This document shows, piece after piece, positions 29,833 to 39,585 of a stretch of DNA of 64,000 bases (position 1 is its first letter; every line of letters starts with the position of its first letter). A program made the translations under genes and the position numbers. The notes beneath the pieces are model-generated. The model made no database searches. It saw only the letters and a list, made by a program, of their open reading frames with translations, and was not told the origin of the DNA. Source of the DNA: Bacteroidales bacterium (GTDB lineage: Bacteria; Bacteroidota; Bacteroidia; Bacteroidales; UBA932); assembly GCA_017427885.1 (NCBI GenBank), contig JAFRRW010000013.1, positions 70,828-134,827 on the forward strand, written 5' to 3'.

Positions 29833-30930
29833 ATGCCCGTCCTTGAAAGAATAGCCGTCCAGGATTTCCGGAACATCAGTTTCCAGGAACTCACCTTTTC
29901 CCCGAACGTCAACTGCATTTCGGGCAACAACGGAGAAGGGAAGACGAACCTGATGGACGCCATCTGGTATCTTTCGATGACAAAGAGCGCCTTCTCCCCG
30001 TCGGACAGGTTCAATTTCCGCCACGGGACGCACTCTTTCGCCATTTCCGGCACGTACAGGATGAACGACGGACTCGCTTCGAGGTTTTCCGTGCAGGTGG
30101 ACGATGACGGCGCCAAGAGGATTCGCAGGGACGACAAGCCCTGCCCGAAACTATCCTCCCACATCGGTGTCCTGCCCATCGTGATGGTCTCTCCCTCCGA
30201 CATATCGCTGGTCAGCGAATCCGGGGAGGAGCGCAGGAGATTCGTCAATTCCGTGCTTTCCCAGATGTCCGCGGAGTACCTGGCCTCTGTCCAGCAGTAC
30301 AACCGCCTTCTCGCCCAGCGCAACCGCCTGCTCAAGGACGGCCCCGTCGACGAGGCCCTGCTGGAAGTCTTCGACAGGAAGATGGCCGACTGCGCCGTTC
30401 CCGTCCATCAGGCCCGGAGCCAGTTCTCCGAGGCCCTTCAGCCGGTCGTCTCTGAAAGTTACAGGGCCCTTTCCGGAGGCAGGGAGAACGTCACCATAAG
30501 ATACCGTTCCGACCTTGACAAGGGGGACCTCGCCGACATCCTGGCCGCTTCCAGGGGCAGGGACGTCGCACTCGGATACACAGGTGCAGGCATCCAGAGG
30601 GACGATTTCATCTTCGAAATGGACGGGTGGCCCATCCGCCGCTGCGGTTCACAGGGCCAGCAGAAGAGTTTCCTCGTGTCCCTCAAGTTCGCACAGTACG
30701 AGATAATGAAGGCAAGGTATTCCTTCCCCCCGATGCTCCTTCTCGACGACGTCTTCGACAAGTTGGACATGGGGCGTATCTCGAACCTCATCTCAATGGT
30801 GGCCGGCAAGGATTTCGGCCAGATTTTCATCACGGACAGCAACAAGGTCAGGATGTCCTCGGTGGTGGACAGCATCACCAGCGACAGGGCCTATTTCGAA
30901 TGTTCGGCCGGGACGTTCAAGGCCTTGTGA
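29833..30930 (+). CDS. recF: DNA replication/repair protein RecF
   Basis: GNNGEGKTN, GSQGQQKS and LLLDDVFDKLD. Confidence 0.95.
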   Translation: MPVLERIAVQDFRNISFQELTFSPNVNCISGNNGEGKTNLMDAIWYLSMTKSAFSPSDRFNFRHGTHSFAISGTYRMNDGLASRFSVQVDDDGAKRIRRDDKPCPKLSSHIGVLPIVMVSPSDISLVSESGEERRRFVNSVLSQMSAEYLASVQQYNRLLAQRNRLLKDGPVDEALLEVFDRKMADCAVPVHQARSQFSEALQPVVSESYRALSGGRENVTIRYRSDLDKGDLADILAASRGRDVALGYTGAGIQRDDFIFEMDGWPIRRCGSQGQQKSFLVSLKFAQYEIMKARYSFPPMLLLDDVFDKLDMGRISNLISMVAGKDFGQIFITDSNKVRMSSVVDSITSDRAYFECSAGTFKAL

Positions 30931-30934
30931 TCCC

Positions 30935-31273
30935 ATGGAAGAAAAAGGAGTAAGGATTCACCGCAAGAACGCCCTCTCGATGGATGAGGTGGTGGAAATG
31001 TATATCCGTGAGATGAAACTTGCCTCTGGTCTCAACACCCAGAGGATATACGCGGCCTGGGACGAGGTTTCCGGAGTGGGAGCATTCACGCTGCGCAGGT
31101 ATTTCCGTGCCGGCACCCTTTACGTCACCCTCAGTTCTTCGATGGTCCGCAGCCAGCTGTGGTTCCAGCGCGAGGAACTGCTCCGGAGGATGAACGAGGT
31201 CCTGTCCCAGGATCCCCTCTTCACCGTGGACGACGGGAAGGTGGGTTATATCAAAGAATTAATTCTCAAATAG
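30935..31273 (+). CDS. DUF721 (DciA-like) protein
   Basis: W.EV.G...LYVTLSSS..RSQL motif, directly downstream of recF. Confidence 0.8.
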   Translation: MEEKGVRIHRKNALSMDEVVEMYIREMKLASGLNTQRIYAAWDEVSGVGAFTLRRYFRAGTLYVTLSSSMVRSQLWFQREELLRRMNEVLSQDPLFTVDDGKVGYIKELILK

Positions 31274-31275
31274 AT

Positions 31276-32322
31276 ATGGCGGGGAAGCTGAAGATAGTGG
31301 TGGATGATATGGTCCCGTTCGTGGAAGGGGTGTTCGAGCCTTATGCCGAAGTGGTGTACATGGCGGGGGAGAAGATTGGAAGGGACGACGTGATGGATGC
31401 CGACGCACTGATCCTCCGTACCCGCACGAGATGCGACGCCTCCCTTCTCGACGGTACTTCGGTGAAATTCATCGCTTCCGCGGCCATCGGCACCGACCAC
31501 ATAGACTTCGACTACTGCAACTCCCACGGGATAGAGGTGCGCAACGCCATAGGCTGTAACGCCGGAGGGGTGATGAACTACGTGTTTTCGGCCCTCTACG
31601 GCTGCGCCTCCCGAAAGACCATCCCGCTCGATGGAAAGACCATTGGCATCATCGGGGTGGGGAATGTCGGCAAGAGGGTTGAAAGGATGGCCAACTATTT
31701 GGGATTCAGGGTTTTGAAGAACGATCCCCCGCGTGCTGAGGCTGAAGGTCCCGATGGTTTCTGCGACCTTGATTATCTCCTGGAGAATTCAGACATCGTC
31801 ACCCTTCACGTCCCCCTGGACCAGACGACCAGGGACCTTGCGGATGCAGATTTCTTCGCCCGTATGAAGGACGGCGCCTTCCTCATCAACACCTGCCGCG
31901 GAGAGGTCGTAGTGGAGGAGGATCTCATAGCCTCCCGTCCCCGTCTGGGCCCCCTCATCATCGATACCTGGAGGGGAGAGCCCAGGATCAACCGCGCCCT
32001 TATGGATTTGACTGACATCGCCACACCCCATATCGCCGGTTATTCCTATGCGGGCAAGCAGAGCGGCACCTCGATGGCGGTCAGGGCCGTGGCCCGCTTC
32101 TATGGGATCGAACCCCTCTACGAATTCTTCCCTCCTACCGAAGTCATCGAGGAATCGGTAAGATTGGACCTGAGGGGAAAGAAACAGGGGGAGATCGCCT
32201 CCATCATCCAGTACAATTATCCCATTTTCACCGACGACTTCTTCTTCAGGCTCAACCCCGATGACTTCGTACGGCTCCGTTCGGAATACAAGTACAGGAA
32301 AGAATATTATGTTGATTATTAG
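31276..32322 (+). CDS. pdxB: Erythronate-4-phosphate dehydrogenase
   Basis: Start MAGKLKIVVDD, RTRT, IGTDHID, GVGNVG and TPHIAGYS. Confidence 0.9.
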   Translation: MAGKLKIVVDDMVPFVEGVFEPYAEVVYMAGEKIGRDDVMDADALILRTRTRCDASLLDGTSVKFIASAAIGTDHIDFDYCNSHGIEVRNAIGCNAGGVMNYVFSALYGCASRKTIPLDGKTIGIIGVGNVGKRVERMANYLGFRVLKNDPPRAEAEGPDGFCDLDYLLENSDIVTLHVPLDQTTRDLADADFFARMKDGAFLINTCRGEVVVEEDLIASRPRLGPLIIDTWRGEPRINRALMDLTDIATPHIAGYSYAGKQSGTSMAVRAVARFYGIEPLYEFFPPTEVIEESVRLDLRGKKQGEIASIIQYNYPIFTDDFFFRLNPDDFVRLRSEYKYRKEYYVDY

Positions 32323-32335
32323 ATATTAAGAAGTT

Positions 32336-33844
32336 ATGTTCAATCAGGAAGATACGAAAATGATAACCGCCCGCGGATCTTCGGTGAAGACCGTGGAGGG
32401 ACAGGTTGATAGGTTCAGGAAGGGATTTCCCTGGATCAGGATCATAGGACCCGCTACCCCCGAGAGGGGGATAGAGGTCCTGACACCGAAGGAAGAGGAT
32501 GAGGCGGTGGCATATTGCTCGAAGGCGGAAATCGCCGGGAAGTGCAAGTTCGTGCCCGCTTCAGGCGCCGCTTCCAGGATGTTCAAGGACATTTTTGCGG
32601 GATTGGCCGAATTGGAGGCAGGGAAGGACGTGGCTCCGGGCTCCCCGGTGGACAGGCTCGCCTCCTCCATAGGGAAATTCGCGTTTTACACTCCCGAACT
32701 CTTCGGAACGCCTGAGGACAGCCCGGAGTACAGGAAGAAGGTCGCATCCCTGGTCCTCGGCAACGGAGGCCTGGGCTATGGCTCGAAGCCCAAGGGGGTG
32801 ATTCTTTTCCACCGTTATCCTTCCGAGGTCCGCACGGCTTTCGCCGAACATCTCGTCGAGGCCCAGGAATATATGAAGAACTCCGACGGGACGTGCAACC
32901 TTGTCGTGACCATCTCTCCCGAGCACACTGAACTCTTCAAGGCGGCGCTCTGCGATGTCAAGGATAAGTTCGAGGAAAGGTATGGAGTCAGGTACGACAT
33001 CTCCTTTACCTATCAGTCCAAGGCCACGGACACAGTCGCCGTGGATATGAAGGACAGGCCGTTCCGCAAGGACGACGGCACCCTCCTGTTCCGCCCTGCC
33101 GGTCACGGCGCCCTCATTTACAACCTGAATGAGGTGAAGGACGAGGTGGTGTCCATCAAGAACATAGACAACGTGGCAAACGAGAGGCTGCTTCCCGTTA
33201 CCGCAAAATACAAGAAGGTGCTGATGGGCAGGGCGCTCATCCTAAGGGACAGGATATTCTCCTATCTCCGCGCCCTGGATGCGGAGACGGATCCCGGGTC
33301 CGCTTCGTGCCACAGGTTGTGCGACGAGATAGAGGCCTTCCTCGACCGAGAACTCTGCACCCAGGTGCCCCTGACATCGGGGAACGCCGAAAGGGCGGCC
33401 CTTCTCCGGTCCAAGCTCGACAGGCCCATACGCGTGTGCGGAATGGTCAGGAACCAGGGAGAACCCGGCGGAGGTCCCTTCTTGACCGTCCTGAAGGACG
33501 GGTCCACTTCCCTCCAGATATTGGAAAGCGTCCAGATCAACAAGGAAGACTCCGGTGCGATGGATTCTCTTTCCCGCGCCACCCATTTCAATCCCGTGGA
33601 TCTGGTCTGCTGCCTGAGGAACTACAAGGGTGAGAAATTCGATCTCCTGAAATATGTCGACGAGGATGCCGGTTTCATCAGCTCCAAGAGCTGGCAGGGG
33701 AGGGAGTTGAAGGCCCTCGAACTGCCCGGCCTGTGGAACGGCTCGATGAGCGACTGGAACACCAAGTTCGTCGAGGTTCCCGTCGAGACCTTCAATCCGG
33801 TCAAGGTCGTGCTGGACCTCCTCCGCCCGGCGCATCAGGGCTAG
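32336..33844 (+). CDS. DUF4301 family protein
   Basis: KFVPASGAASRMFK, FRPAGHGAL, KNIDNV, GEPGGGPF and LPGLWNGSM. Confidence 0.88.
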   Translation: MFNQEDTKMITARGSSVKTVEGQVDRFRKGFPWIRIIGPATPERGIEVLTPKEEDEAVAYCSKAEIAGKCKFVPASGAASRMFKDIFAGLAELEAGKDVAPGSPVDRLASSIGKFAFYTPELFGTPEDSPEYRKKVASLVLGNGGLGYGSKPKGVILFHRYPSEVRTAFAEHLVEAQEYMKNSDGTCNLVVTISPEHTELFKAALCDVKDKFEERYGVRYDISFTYQSKATDTVAVDMKDRPFRKDDGTLLFRPAGHGALIYNLNEVKDEVVSIKNIDNVANERLLPVTAKYKKVLMGRALILRDRIFSYLRALDAETDPGSASCHRLCDEIEAFLDRELCTQVPLTSGNAERAALLRSKLDRPIRVCGMVRNQGEPGGGPFLTVLKDGSTSLQILESVQINKEDSGAMDSLSRATHFNPVDLVCCLRNYKGEKFDLLKYVDEDAGFISSKSWQGRELKALELPGLWNGSMSDWNTKFVEVPVETFNPVKVVLDLLRPAHQG

Positions 33845-33853
33845 TTTTCCGTC

Positions 33854-33881
33854 ATGCCCGGCCCCGGCCGGGCATATTTTT
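33854..33881 (+). terminator. Intrinsic terminator
   Basis: ATGCCCGGC / GCCGGGCAT stem + ATTTTT. Confidence 0.65.
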
Positions 33882-33906
33882 AAAGAGTGATAAACTTTCA
33901 ATTGAT

Positions 33907-35433
33907 ATGAAGAAACTTTGTTATCTGCTTTCGGCGGTGCTGCTGCTGGGGTGCTGCGTGGTAACCGTTGCTCAGGAGGCTGGAGAGCCTTCTCCCGTTA
34001 ATATGGAAGAACCTTCGGAGGACTATGAAGTCTGCGTGAACGGCACTCCGGTGTTCGTTTACAAGGCCCGTGTCAGCAAGTATCCCATCAACCAGGAGTG
34101 GCCGGGATACCAGCGCCCGCTGGACCAGACGGAAATAGCGGCGTTCGCGTATTTCGATTACCACAGGGGAGACGTCATCACCGTCACTCCTAAGGAAAAA
34201 ATAGAGACCTGCGTCATCCGTCCTTCGAGTTATGGCATAAAGCATACGATCGAGGACAACACGGTCAGTTTCAAGGTCGGCAAGCCCTGCCAGATCGTCG
34301 TCGAGGTGAACGGCTATCACAAGGCCCTGCACCTTTTCGTCAATCCGAAGAATCTGGCCCGGAAATCTGACCTGAACGACCCTAAGGTCCATTATTTCGG
34401 CCCCGGTTACCACGATGCCGGCGTCATCAACGTCAAGAGCGGCGAGACGGTCTATGTCGACGAGGGGGCTGTCGTTTACGGATGCGTGTGGGGCGTGGAC
34501 GTGGAGAACGTCACGGTTACCGGAAAGGGAATCCTTGATATGAGCAAGATGAGCAGGCCCTTTGAAAGAGACGACGAATCGGATATCCTGGAACTGCCCG
34601 AGATGAACGCCTGGTCGAAAGACTGGGGTACATCGTCGATCATCCGGGGAGCGGTAATCGGTTTCTTGCGTTCCAAAAACGTGAAAATCAGCGGCGTAAT
34701 TCTTCGGGATCCGTCGATGTGGACGGTGGTCACCCAGAACTGCGAGAATTTCGTCATAGACAATGTGAAACTCATCGGCCTGTGGAGGTATAACGCGGAC
34801 GGCATCGACCTGTGCAACAGCAGTCACATAAGGATCAGGAATTCATTCCTTCGGACTTTCGACGACGGAATCGTGATCAAGGGCCTGGATTTTGCCTGCG
34901 TGGATGGTTACAAGACCATCCGGGACATCAGGGCCAGGAACTGCGTCCTCTGGTGCGACTGGGGCAGGGCATTGGAAATCGGTGCTGAAACCTATGCCGA
35001 CGAGGTTACGGACATCCGGTTCAAGAATTGCGAGGTGGTCCGTTTCACCCATTATGCTGTCGACCTCCAGAGCTGGCATCACGCGCGCGTGCACCATCTT
35101 TATTGGAAGAACATAAACGCTGAGGAGCCCATCCTTGAAAATCCCACGTACAGGGTTTATCCAATAGATCCGAAATGGTTCGGTGGATTTATCTGCGCCG
35201 AATTCGCCGGTCTGAGGGAATGGAACCATCGCAGGGAGGGACTGATCGACCATTTATATTATAAGAATATACGTTATACCGGTTCGGCACCGACCTATAT
35301 CCGATTCTATGACTGGGATGAAGAACACTACGTGAATGATGTCTTTATCCGGAACTGCACCATCAATGGCCGGAAGGTAACCCGCGACGACGTCCGTCTG
35401 GACCGTGAGATGCCGAATCTGCAGATAAAATAA
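33907..35433 (+). CDS. GH28-like / pectin-lyase-fold beta-helix glycoside hydrolase, secreted
   Basis: Start MKKLCYLL with signal peptide, YFGPG.H, GKGILD and NADGID...RTFDD motifs. Confidence 0.75.
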   Translation: MKKLCYLLSAVLLLGCCVVTVAQEAGEPSPVNMEEPSEDYEVCVNGTPVFVYKARVSKYPINQEWPGYQRPLDQTEIAAFAYFDYHRGDVITVTPKEKIETCVIRPSSYGIKHTIEDNTVSFKVGKPCQIVVEVNGYHKALHLFVNPKNLARKSDLNDPKVHYFGPGYHDAGVINVKSGETVYVDEGAVVYGCVWGVDVENVTVTGKGILDMSKMSRPFERDDESDILELPEMNAWSKDWGTSSIIRGAVIGFLRSKNVKISGVILRDPSMWTVVTQNCENFVIDNVKLIGLWRYNADGIDLCNSSHIRIRNSFLRTFDDGIVIKGLDFACVDGYKTIRDIRARNCVLWCDWGRALEIGAETYADEVTDIRFKNCEVVRFTHYAVDLQSWHHARVHHLYWKNINAEEPILENPTYRVYPIDPKWFGGFICAEFAGLREWNHRREGLIDHLYYKNIRYTGSAPTYIRFYDWDEEHYVNDVFIRNCTINGRKVTRDDVRLDREMPNLQIK

Positions 35434-35484
35434 GGAAAAAGATTTCCGGCAGGCCTGGAAAGACAGAAGTGCTCTCCGACTGAA

Positions 35485-35532
35485 GGTTGAAGTATCCGAC
35501 TCGCCTTTTTCAGCGATGTCGGAACTTTAACC
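35485..35532 (+). repeat. Bulged hairpin family 3, copy 2
   Basis: GGTTGAAGT-A-TCCGACTCGC-CTTTTTCA-GCGATGTCGGA-ACTTTAACC. Confidence 0.75.
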
Positions 35533-35607
35533 GTAAGGAGGAAATATATCGTTAAGACCGGGAATAATGACGGTGATCAAAAAATTTTGCAAAATTTTTC
35601 AAAATAA

Positions 35608-35663
35608 TTTGGAAATATGAAAATGTGTCGTATCTTTGCAGTGTGTTAATGAACTAATACACT
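35608..35663 (+). promoter_or_regulatory. Promoter (TTTG-N19-TATCTTTG) followed by a palindromic GntR/YtrA-type operator
   Basis: -33 TTTG at 35608-35611, -7 box at 35631-35638, operator AGTGTGTTAATGAACTAATACACT at 35640-35663. Confidence 0.7.
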
Positions 35664-35669
35664 ATAGAT

Positions 35670-36494
35670 ATGATAGCAATCAACAATCTTGCATTCAGTT
35701 ACGGTTCCGTTCCCGTTCTGAAGAACATCTCAGTCAACCTCGAGGAGGGGAAGATCTACGGCCTCCTCGGGGAGAACGGGGTGGGGAAGACCACTCTCCT
35801 GACCCTCCTCGCCGGTCTCAAGAGGCCTGTCTCCGGAAGCATATCCGTGGACGGGCTCGATCCCTTCAGGCGTCAGCCTTCCTTCCTCAGCGACCAGTAC
35901 TACCTCCCCGATGAGGTGACTCCGATGAATTTTACGGCGGAAGAATATTCCCGTTACGCCGGGAAATTCTGGCCCCGCTACGACCACGGCAAGTTCCTCA
36001 CCATCATGGCGGAACTGGAGAACGAGACGGACAAGAAGATGAACAGGATGTCCGCAGGGCAGCTCAAGAAGACCTACATCGCCTTCGCCCTGGCCTGCAA
36101 CACTAAGTACCTGTATATGGACGAACCCACCAACGGCCTTGACATTCCTTCCAAGGCCCAGTTCAGGGGCGCCCTCACCAGGTACACCTCCGAAGACTCC
36201 ACGATCGTGATTTCCACCCACCAGGTGCGCGACCTCGAGAACCTCATCGATCCCATCATCATCCTGGACCGCAGGGACGTCCTTCTCAACGCCAGCATCG
36301 AGGAGATCACCTCCAAGCTCTGGTTCGACTACGGCACCACCATACGGCCCGACGCCCTCTGGTCGGAGCAGCTCCCAGGAGGCTTCATCCAGGTGTGCCC
36401 CAACACTACCGGAGAGGAGAGCAAGGTCGGCATTGAAGCCCTCTTCAACGCCGTCCATAAGAATAAGGAATTGATAAAGAATATGTTCAAATAG
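35670..36494 (+). CDS. ABC transporter ATP-binding protein (YtrB-like)
   Basis: GENGVGKT, MSAGQ and MDEPTNGLD. Confidence 0.92.
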   Translation: MIAINNLAFSYGSVPVLKNISVNLEEGKIYGLLGENGVGKTTLLTLLAGLKRPVSGSISVDGLDPFRRQPSFLSDQYYLPDEVTPMNFTAEEYSRYAGKFWPRYDHGKFLTIMAELENETDKKMNRMSAGQLKKTYIAFALACNTKYLYMDEPTNGLDIPSKAQFRGALTRYTSEDSTIVISTHQVRDLENLIDPIIILDRRDVLLNASIEEITSKLWFDYGTTIRPDALWSEQLPGGFIQVCPNTTGEESKVGIEALFNAVHKNKELIKNMFK

Positions 36495-36511
36495 ACAAGG
36501 AGGACCTGGTT

Positions 36512-37336
36512 ATGAATAACGTTTTTAATTTCAGCCGTTTCGGCAAATACCTCACTTACGACCTCAGGAGGATCAGGTCGCAATACGGCCTTTCCTTCCT
36601 GATCATGGCCCTGATGCCGGTTGTACTGTATGTGATCACCATCATTTTCGGCCTCCTGAACATGAAAGGCTGGTCCACTCCTGCGGCCAACACCCGGCTT
36701 GTCGAGTTCTTCATCGTCACGGGAGCCCTGTTGCTGTCTTTCCCTCCTTCCGCCTACGGTTTCATCACCGAGAAGAAGGCCGGCTCCTCGTGGCTGATGA
36801 TTCCGGCATCGGGTTTCGAGAAGTTCCTCTCCCTTGTCCTGGTTTCCATTGTATTGATGCCTTTGGCATATGCCGTCCTCTATTTCGGGAGCGACTGGAT
36901 TCTCAGCGTGGCGGACAAAGCATACGGGGTTTCGCTTTTCACAAAACTGTTCGGTGAAGACATGAAGATAATCAACGTCTCGACGAGCGGGATCCAGGGG
37001 ACAGGGGTTGGCCTGTACTCCCTGTACGTTGGATTCGTGACAACGGTGATGACTTTCATTCTCGGTTCCGTCATCTTCAGGAAGAGCAAGGTGGTTAAGA
37101 CCATCCTTTGCATAATTGCCTTAAGCCTTGTCTTTACCCTCATCGTATCTTTCATCGCCACCCATACCGATCCTGAGTGGTGGAGGGCGCGCTTCGAGTC
37201 CCTGTTCGGTTCGGAGACCATCTCTCCCGATACCGTCATCCGCAGGGTGAAAATATTCGCCAATGTCGTCAGTTGGGGCTTCATCTGCCTTCTGGGCCTT
37301 GGCACTTTCCTTAGAATCAAGAAAATCAAGCACTGA
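36512..37336 (+). CDS. ABC-2 type membrane protein
   Basis: ~6 TM helices and the LMIPAS.FEK motif. Confidence 0.8.
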   Translation: MNNVFNFSRFGKYLTYDLRRIRSQYGLSFLIMALMPVVLYVITIIFGLLNMKGWSTPAANTRLVEFFIVTGALLLSFPPSAYGFITEKKAGSSWLMIPASGFEKFLSLVLVSIVLMPLAYAVLYFGSDWILSVADKAYGVSLFTKLFGEDMKIINVSTSGIQGTGVGLYSLYVGFVTTVMTFILGSVIFRKSKVVKTILCIIALSLVFTLIVSFIATHTDPEWWRARFESLFGSETISPDTVIRRVKIFANVVSWGFICLLGLGTFLRIKKIKH

Positions 37337-37341
37337 CGAAT

Positions 37342-37695
37342 ATGGATTTCAATCAGCAGAAACCGATCTATCTCCAGATCCTTGACCTTATTTCCGACAG
37401 GATCCTGTCGGGAGAGTACAAGGCGGGGGAGAGGATTCCTTCGGTCCGTGAATTCGGATCCGTCCTCGGGGTGAATCCCAACACGGTGATGAGGACTTTC
37501 GAAAAACTCACCGCTGACGGGATAATCTATAACAAGAGGGGAATAGGGTATTTCATCAGCGAGGATGCGACATCCCTGATCCTGGGAGAAGAGCGCAGGG
37601 TTTTCCTCGACGAAGAGATCCCCAGGATAGCCTCCCGTGCGAAACTCCTCGGAGTGAGCCCCGAGGAAATCTATGAAAAGGTGAAGGAAGTGTGA
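37342..37695 (+). CDS. GntR (YtrA subfamily) transcriptional regulator
   Basis: PIYLQI, IPSVRE...VNPNTV and RGIGYFI. Confidence 0.92.
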   Translation: MDFNQQKPIYLQILDLISDRILSGEYKAGERIPSVREFGSVLGVNPNTVMRTFEKLTADGIIYNKRGIGYFISEDATSLILGEERRVFLDEEIPRIASRAKLLGVSPEEIYEKVKEV

Positions 37696-38115
37696 CTATA
37701 GGGAAGCCGTGTGCCTCGCCCGCCACTGTGTGGGGGTGAGGCCCGTCTTCTTCCTGAACTGGTTGCGGAAATTGCTCTTGTCTTTTATTCCGACCATTTC
37801 TCCCACCTTGCTTGCTGGCATTTCCGGCTTCTCGAGCAGCAGTTCAGCCGCTTTCGAGAGCCGGATTTCCTTTCTCCAGGTGGTGAACCTGGTTCCGTGT
37901 TCGTTACGGAAATAGTCCGTGAGCATCCAGGGAGCCAAACCTAGTTGTACGGATACGGTCTCTACGGAGGATTCTTCGGCGAATCTGCCATCGTCAATCC
38001 ACTTCTCAAGAGCCTTGGAGACATATCCCGGCGGCAGGGTTGACTTCTCCCGCCTGGCGGGGTTCAGCCTTTTCAGGGTACCGAGTATCCTTGTCAGTCT
38101 TTTTCCATTCATCAC
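37696..38115 (-). CDS. Small AraC-type HTH protein
   Basis: FTTWRKEIRL..A..LL and VG..DKSNFRNQFRKKTGLTPTQWR. Confidence 0.8.
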   Translation of the reverse strand: MMNGKRLTRILGTLKRLNPARREKSTLPPGYVSKALEKWIDDGRFAEESSVETVSVQLGLAPWMLTDYFRNEHGTRFTTWRKEIRLSKAAELLLEKPEMPASKVGEMVGIKDKSNFRNQFRKKTGLTPTQWRARHTASL

Positions 38116-38246
38116 ATTTTCGGTCCATACCCTTTCAGGGCATACTGAGAGTCTGTTTTGGAATGATTAAGTCCATACCATTTCAAAACAAACTCCAAAA
38201 TAGAGAATTTTGAGTAATTTTGCAACGGAAAATGAAATGATGACCA

Positions 38247-39569
38247 ATGTTTGAAAATCTACAGGAAAGGCTCGAGCGTTCGTTCAAGATTCTGAAGGGA
38301 GAGGGCCGGATTACCGAAATAAATGTTGCGGAAACCCTCAAGGACATCCGCAGGGCACTGCTTGACGCCGATGTCAGTTATAAGGTCGCGAAGGATTTCT
38401 GCGACAGGGTGAAGGTGAAGGCTATGGGCTCCGACGTACTTACCGCTGTGAAGCCCCAGCAGATGATGGTGAAGATCGTCCACGACGAACTCGCCGATTT
38501 CATGGGCAGTTCCTCGCAGGACATCAACCTGAAGGGCAGCCCCGCCGTCGTCCTGGTCGCCGGTCTGAACGGTTCCGGTAAGACCACCTTCTGCGCAAAA
38601 CTCGCCCTCAACATAAAGAGCAAGAGGGGAATGGGCGTCCTGCTGGCCGCCTGCGACACCTTCCGTCCCGCCGCCATCGACCAGTTGAAGGTCCTCGGAC
38701 AGCAGGTGGGTGTGGAGGTTTACACGGAAGATGGAGTCAAGGACCCCGTCAGGATAGCGAAGAACGCTGTCGCTAGGGCGAAGTCCCTTGGTTTCCCCGT
38801 GGTGATAGTGGATACCGCCGGCCGCCTTGCGGTGGACCAGGAACTTATGGACGAGATTTCCACCCTCCACGATGCCCTGAAACCTTCCGAGACACTTTTC
38901 GTCGTTGATGCGATGACTGGCCAGGATGCCGTGGAGACGGCCAGGGCCTTCAACGACCGCCTGGATTTCGACGGCGTCGTCCTCACCAAGATGGACGGCG
39001 ACACCCGCGGAGGAGCCGCACTTTCCATCAAATATGTCACCGGTAAGCCCATAAAGTTCATCTCCTCCGGCGAGAAGCCCGAGGCACTGGACGTCTTCCA
39101 CCCCGACAGGATCGCCGACAGGATCCTGGGAATGGGTGACGTGGTCTCCCTCGTCGAGAAAGCGCAGGAGCAGTTCGACGAGAAGCAGGCCCGGGAGATG
39201 AAGAAGAAGATCGCCCGCAACACGTACGGGTTGATGGATTTCTACAACCAGATCCAGCAGGTCAAGAAGATGGGTAACATCAAGGACCTGGCGGGGATGA
39301 TTCCCGGAGTTGGCAAGATGATCAAGGATGTGGATATGGACAACGACTCCTTCAAGAGCATCGAGGCGATGATAATGTCGATGACGCCCGAAGAGAGGGA
39401 CAATCCCGAGATCATCAACGGAAGCCGCCGCAAGAGGATAGCCGACGGTAGCGGCACCTCGGTTCCGGAACTCAACAGGCTGCTCAAGCAGTTCGAGGGT
39501 ACGCGCAAGGCGATGCGTCAGGTTATGACAGGAAACCTGGCCTCACGAATGAAAGGCTTCCGCAGATAA
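38247..39569 (+). CDS. ffh: Signal recognition particle protein
   Basis: GLNGSGKTT, DTAGR, TKMDGDTRGG and SRRKRIADGSG. Confidence 0.97.
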   Translation: MFENLQERLERSFKILKGEGRITEINVAETLKDIRRALLDADVSYKVAKDFCDRVKVKAMGSDVLTAVKPQQMMVKIVHDELADFMGSSSQDINLKGSPAVVLVAGLNGSGKTTFCAKLALNIKSKRGMGVLLAACDTFRPAAIDQLKVLGQQVGVEVYTEDGVKDPVRIAKNAVARAKSLGFPVVIVDTAGRLAVDQELMDEISTLHDALKPSETLFVVDAMTGQDAVETARAFNDRLDFDGVVLTKMDGDTRGGAALSIKYVTGKPIKFISSGEKPEALDVFHPDRIADRILGMGDVVSLVEKAQEQFDEKQAREMKKKIARNTYGLMDFYNQIQQVKKMGNIKDLAGMIPGVGKMIKDVDMDNDSFKSIEAMIMSMTPEERDNPEIINGSRRKRIADGSGTSVPELNRLLKQFEGTRKAMRQVMTGNLASRMKGFRR

Positions 39570-39585
39570 TAATCCTTATCGAATC

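Noticed and set aside
35485-35532. Family-3 hairpin as an integron attC site (it has GTT...AAC ends and bulged bases)
   Set aside because: The order is GTT...AAC, the reverse of attC (RYYYAAC...GTTRRRY). The other copy lacks these triplets and no integrase is present.
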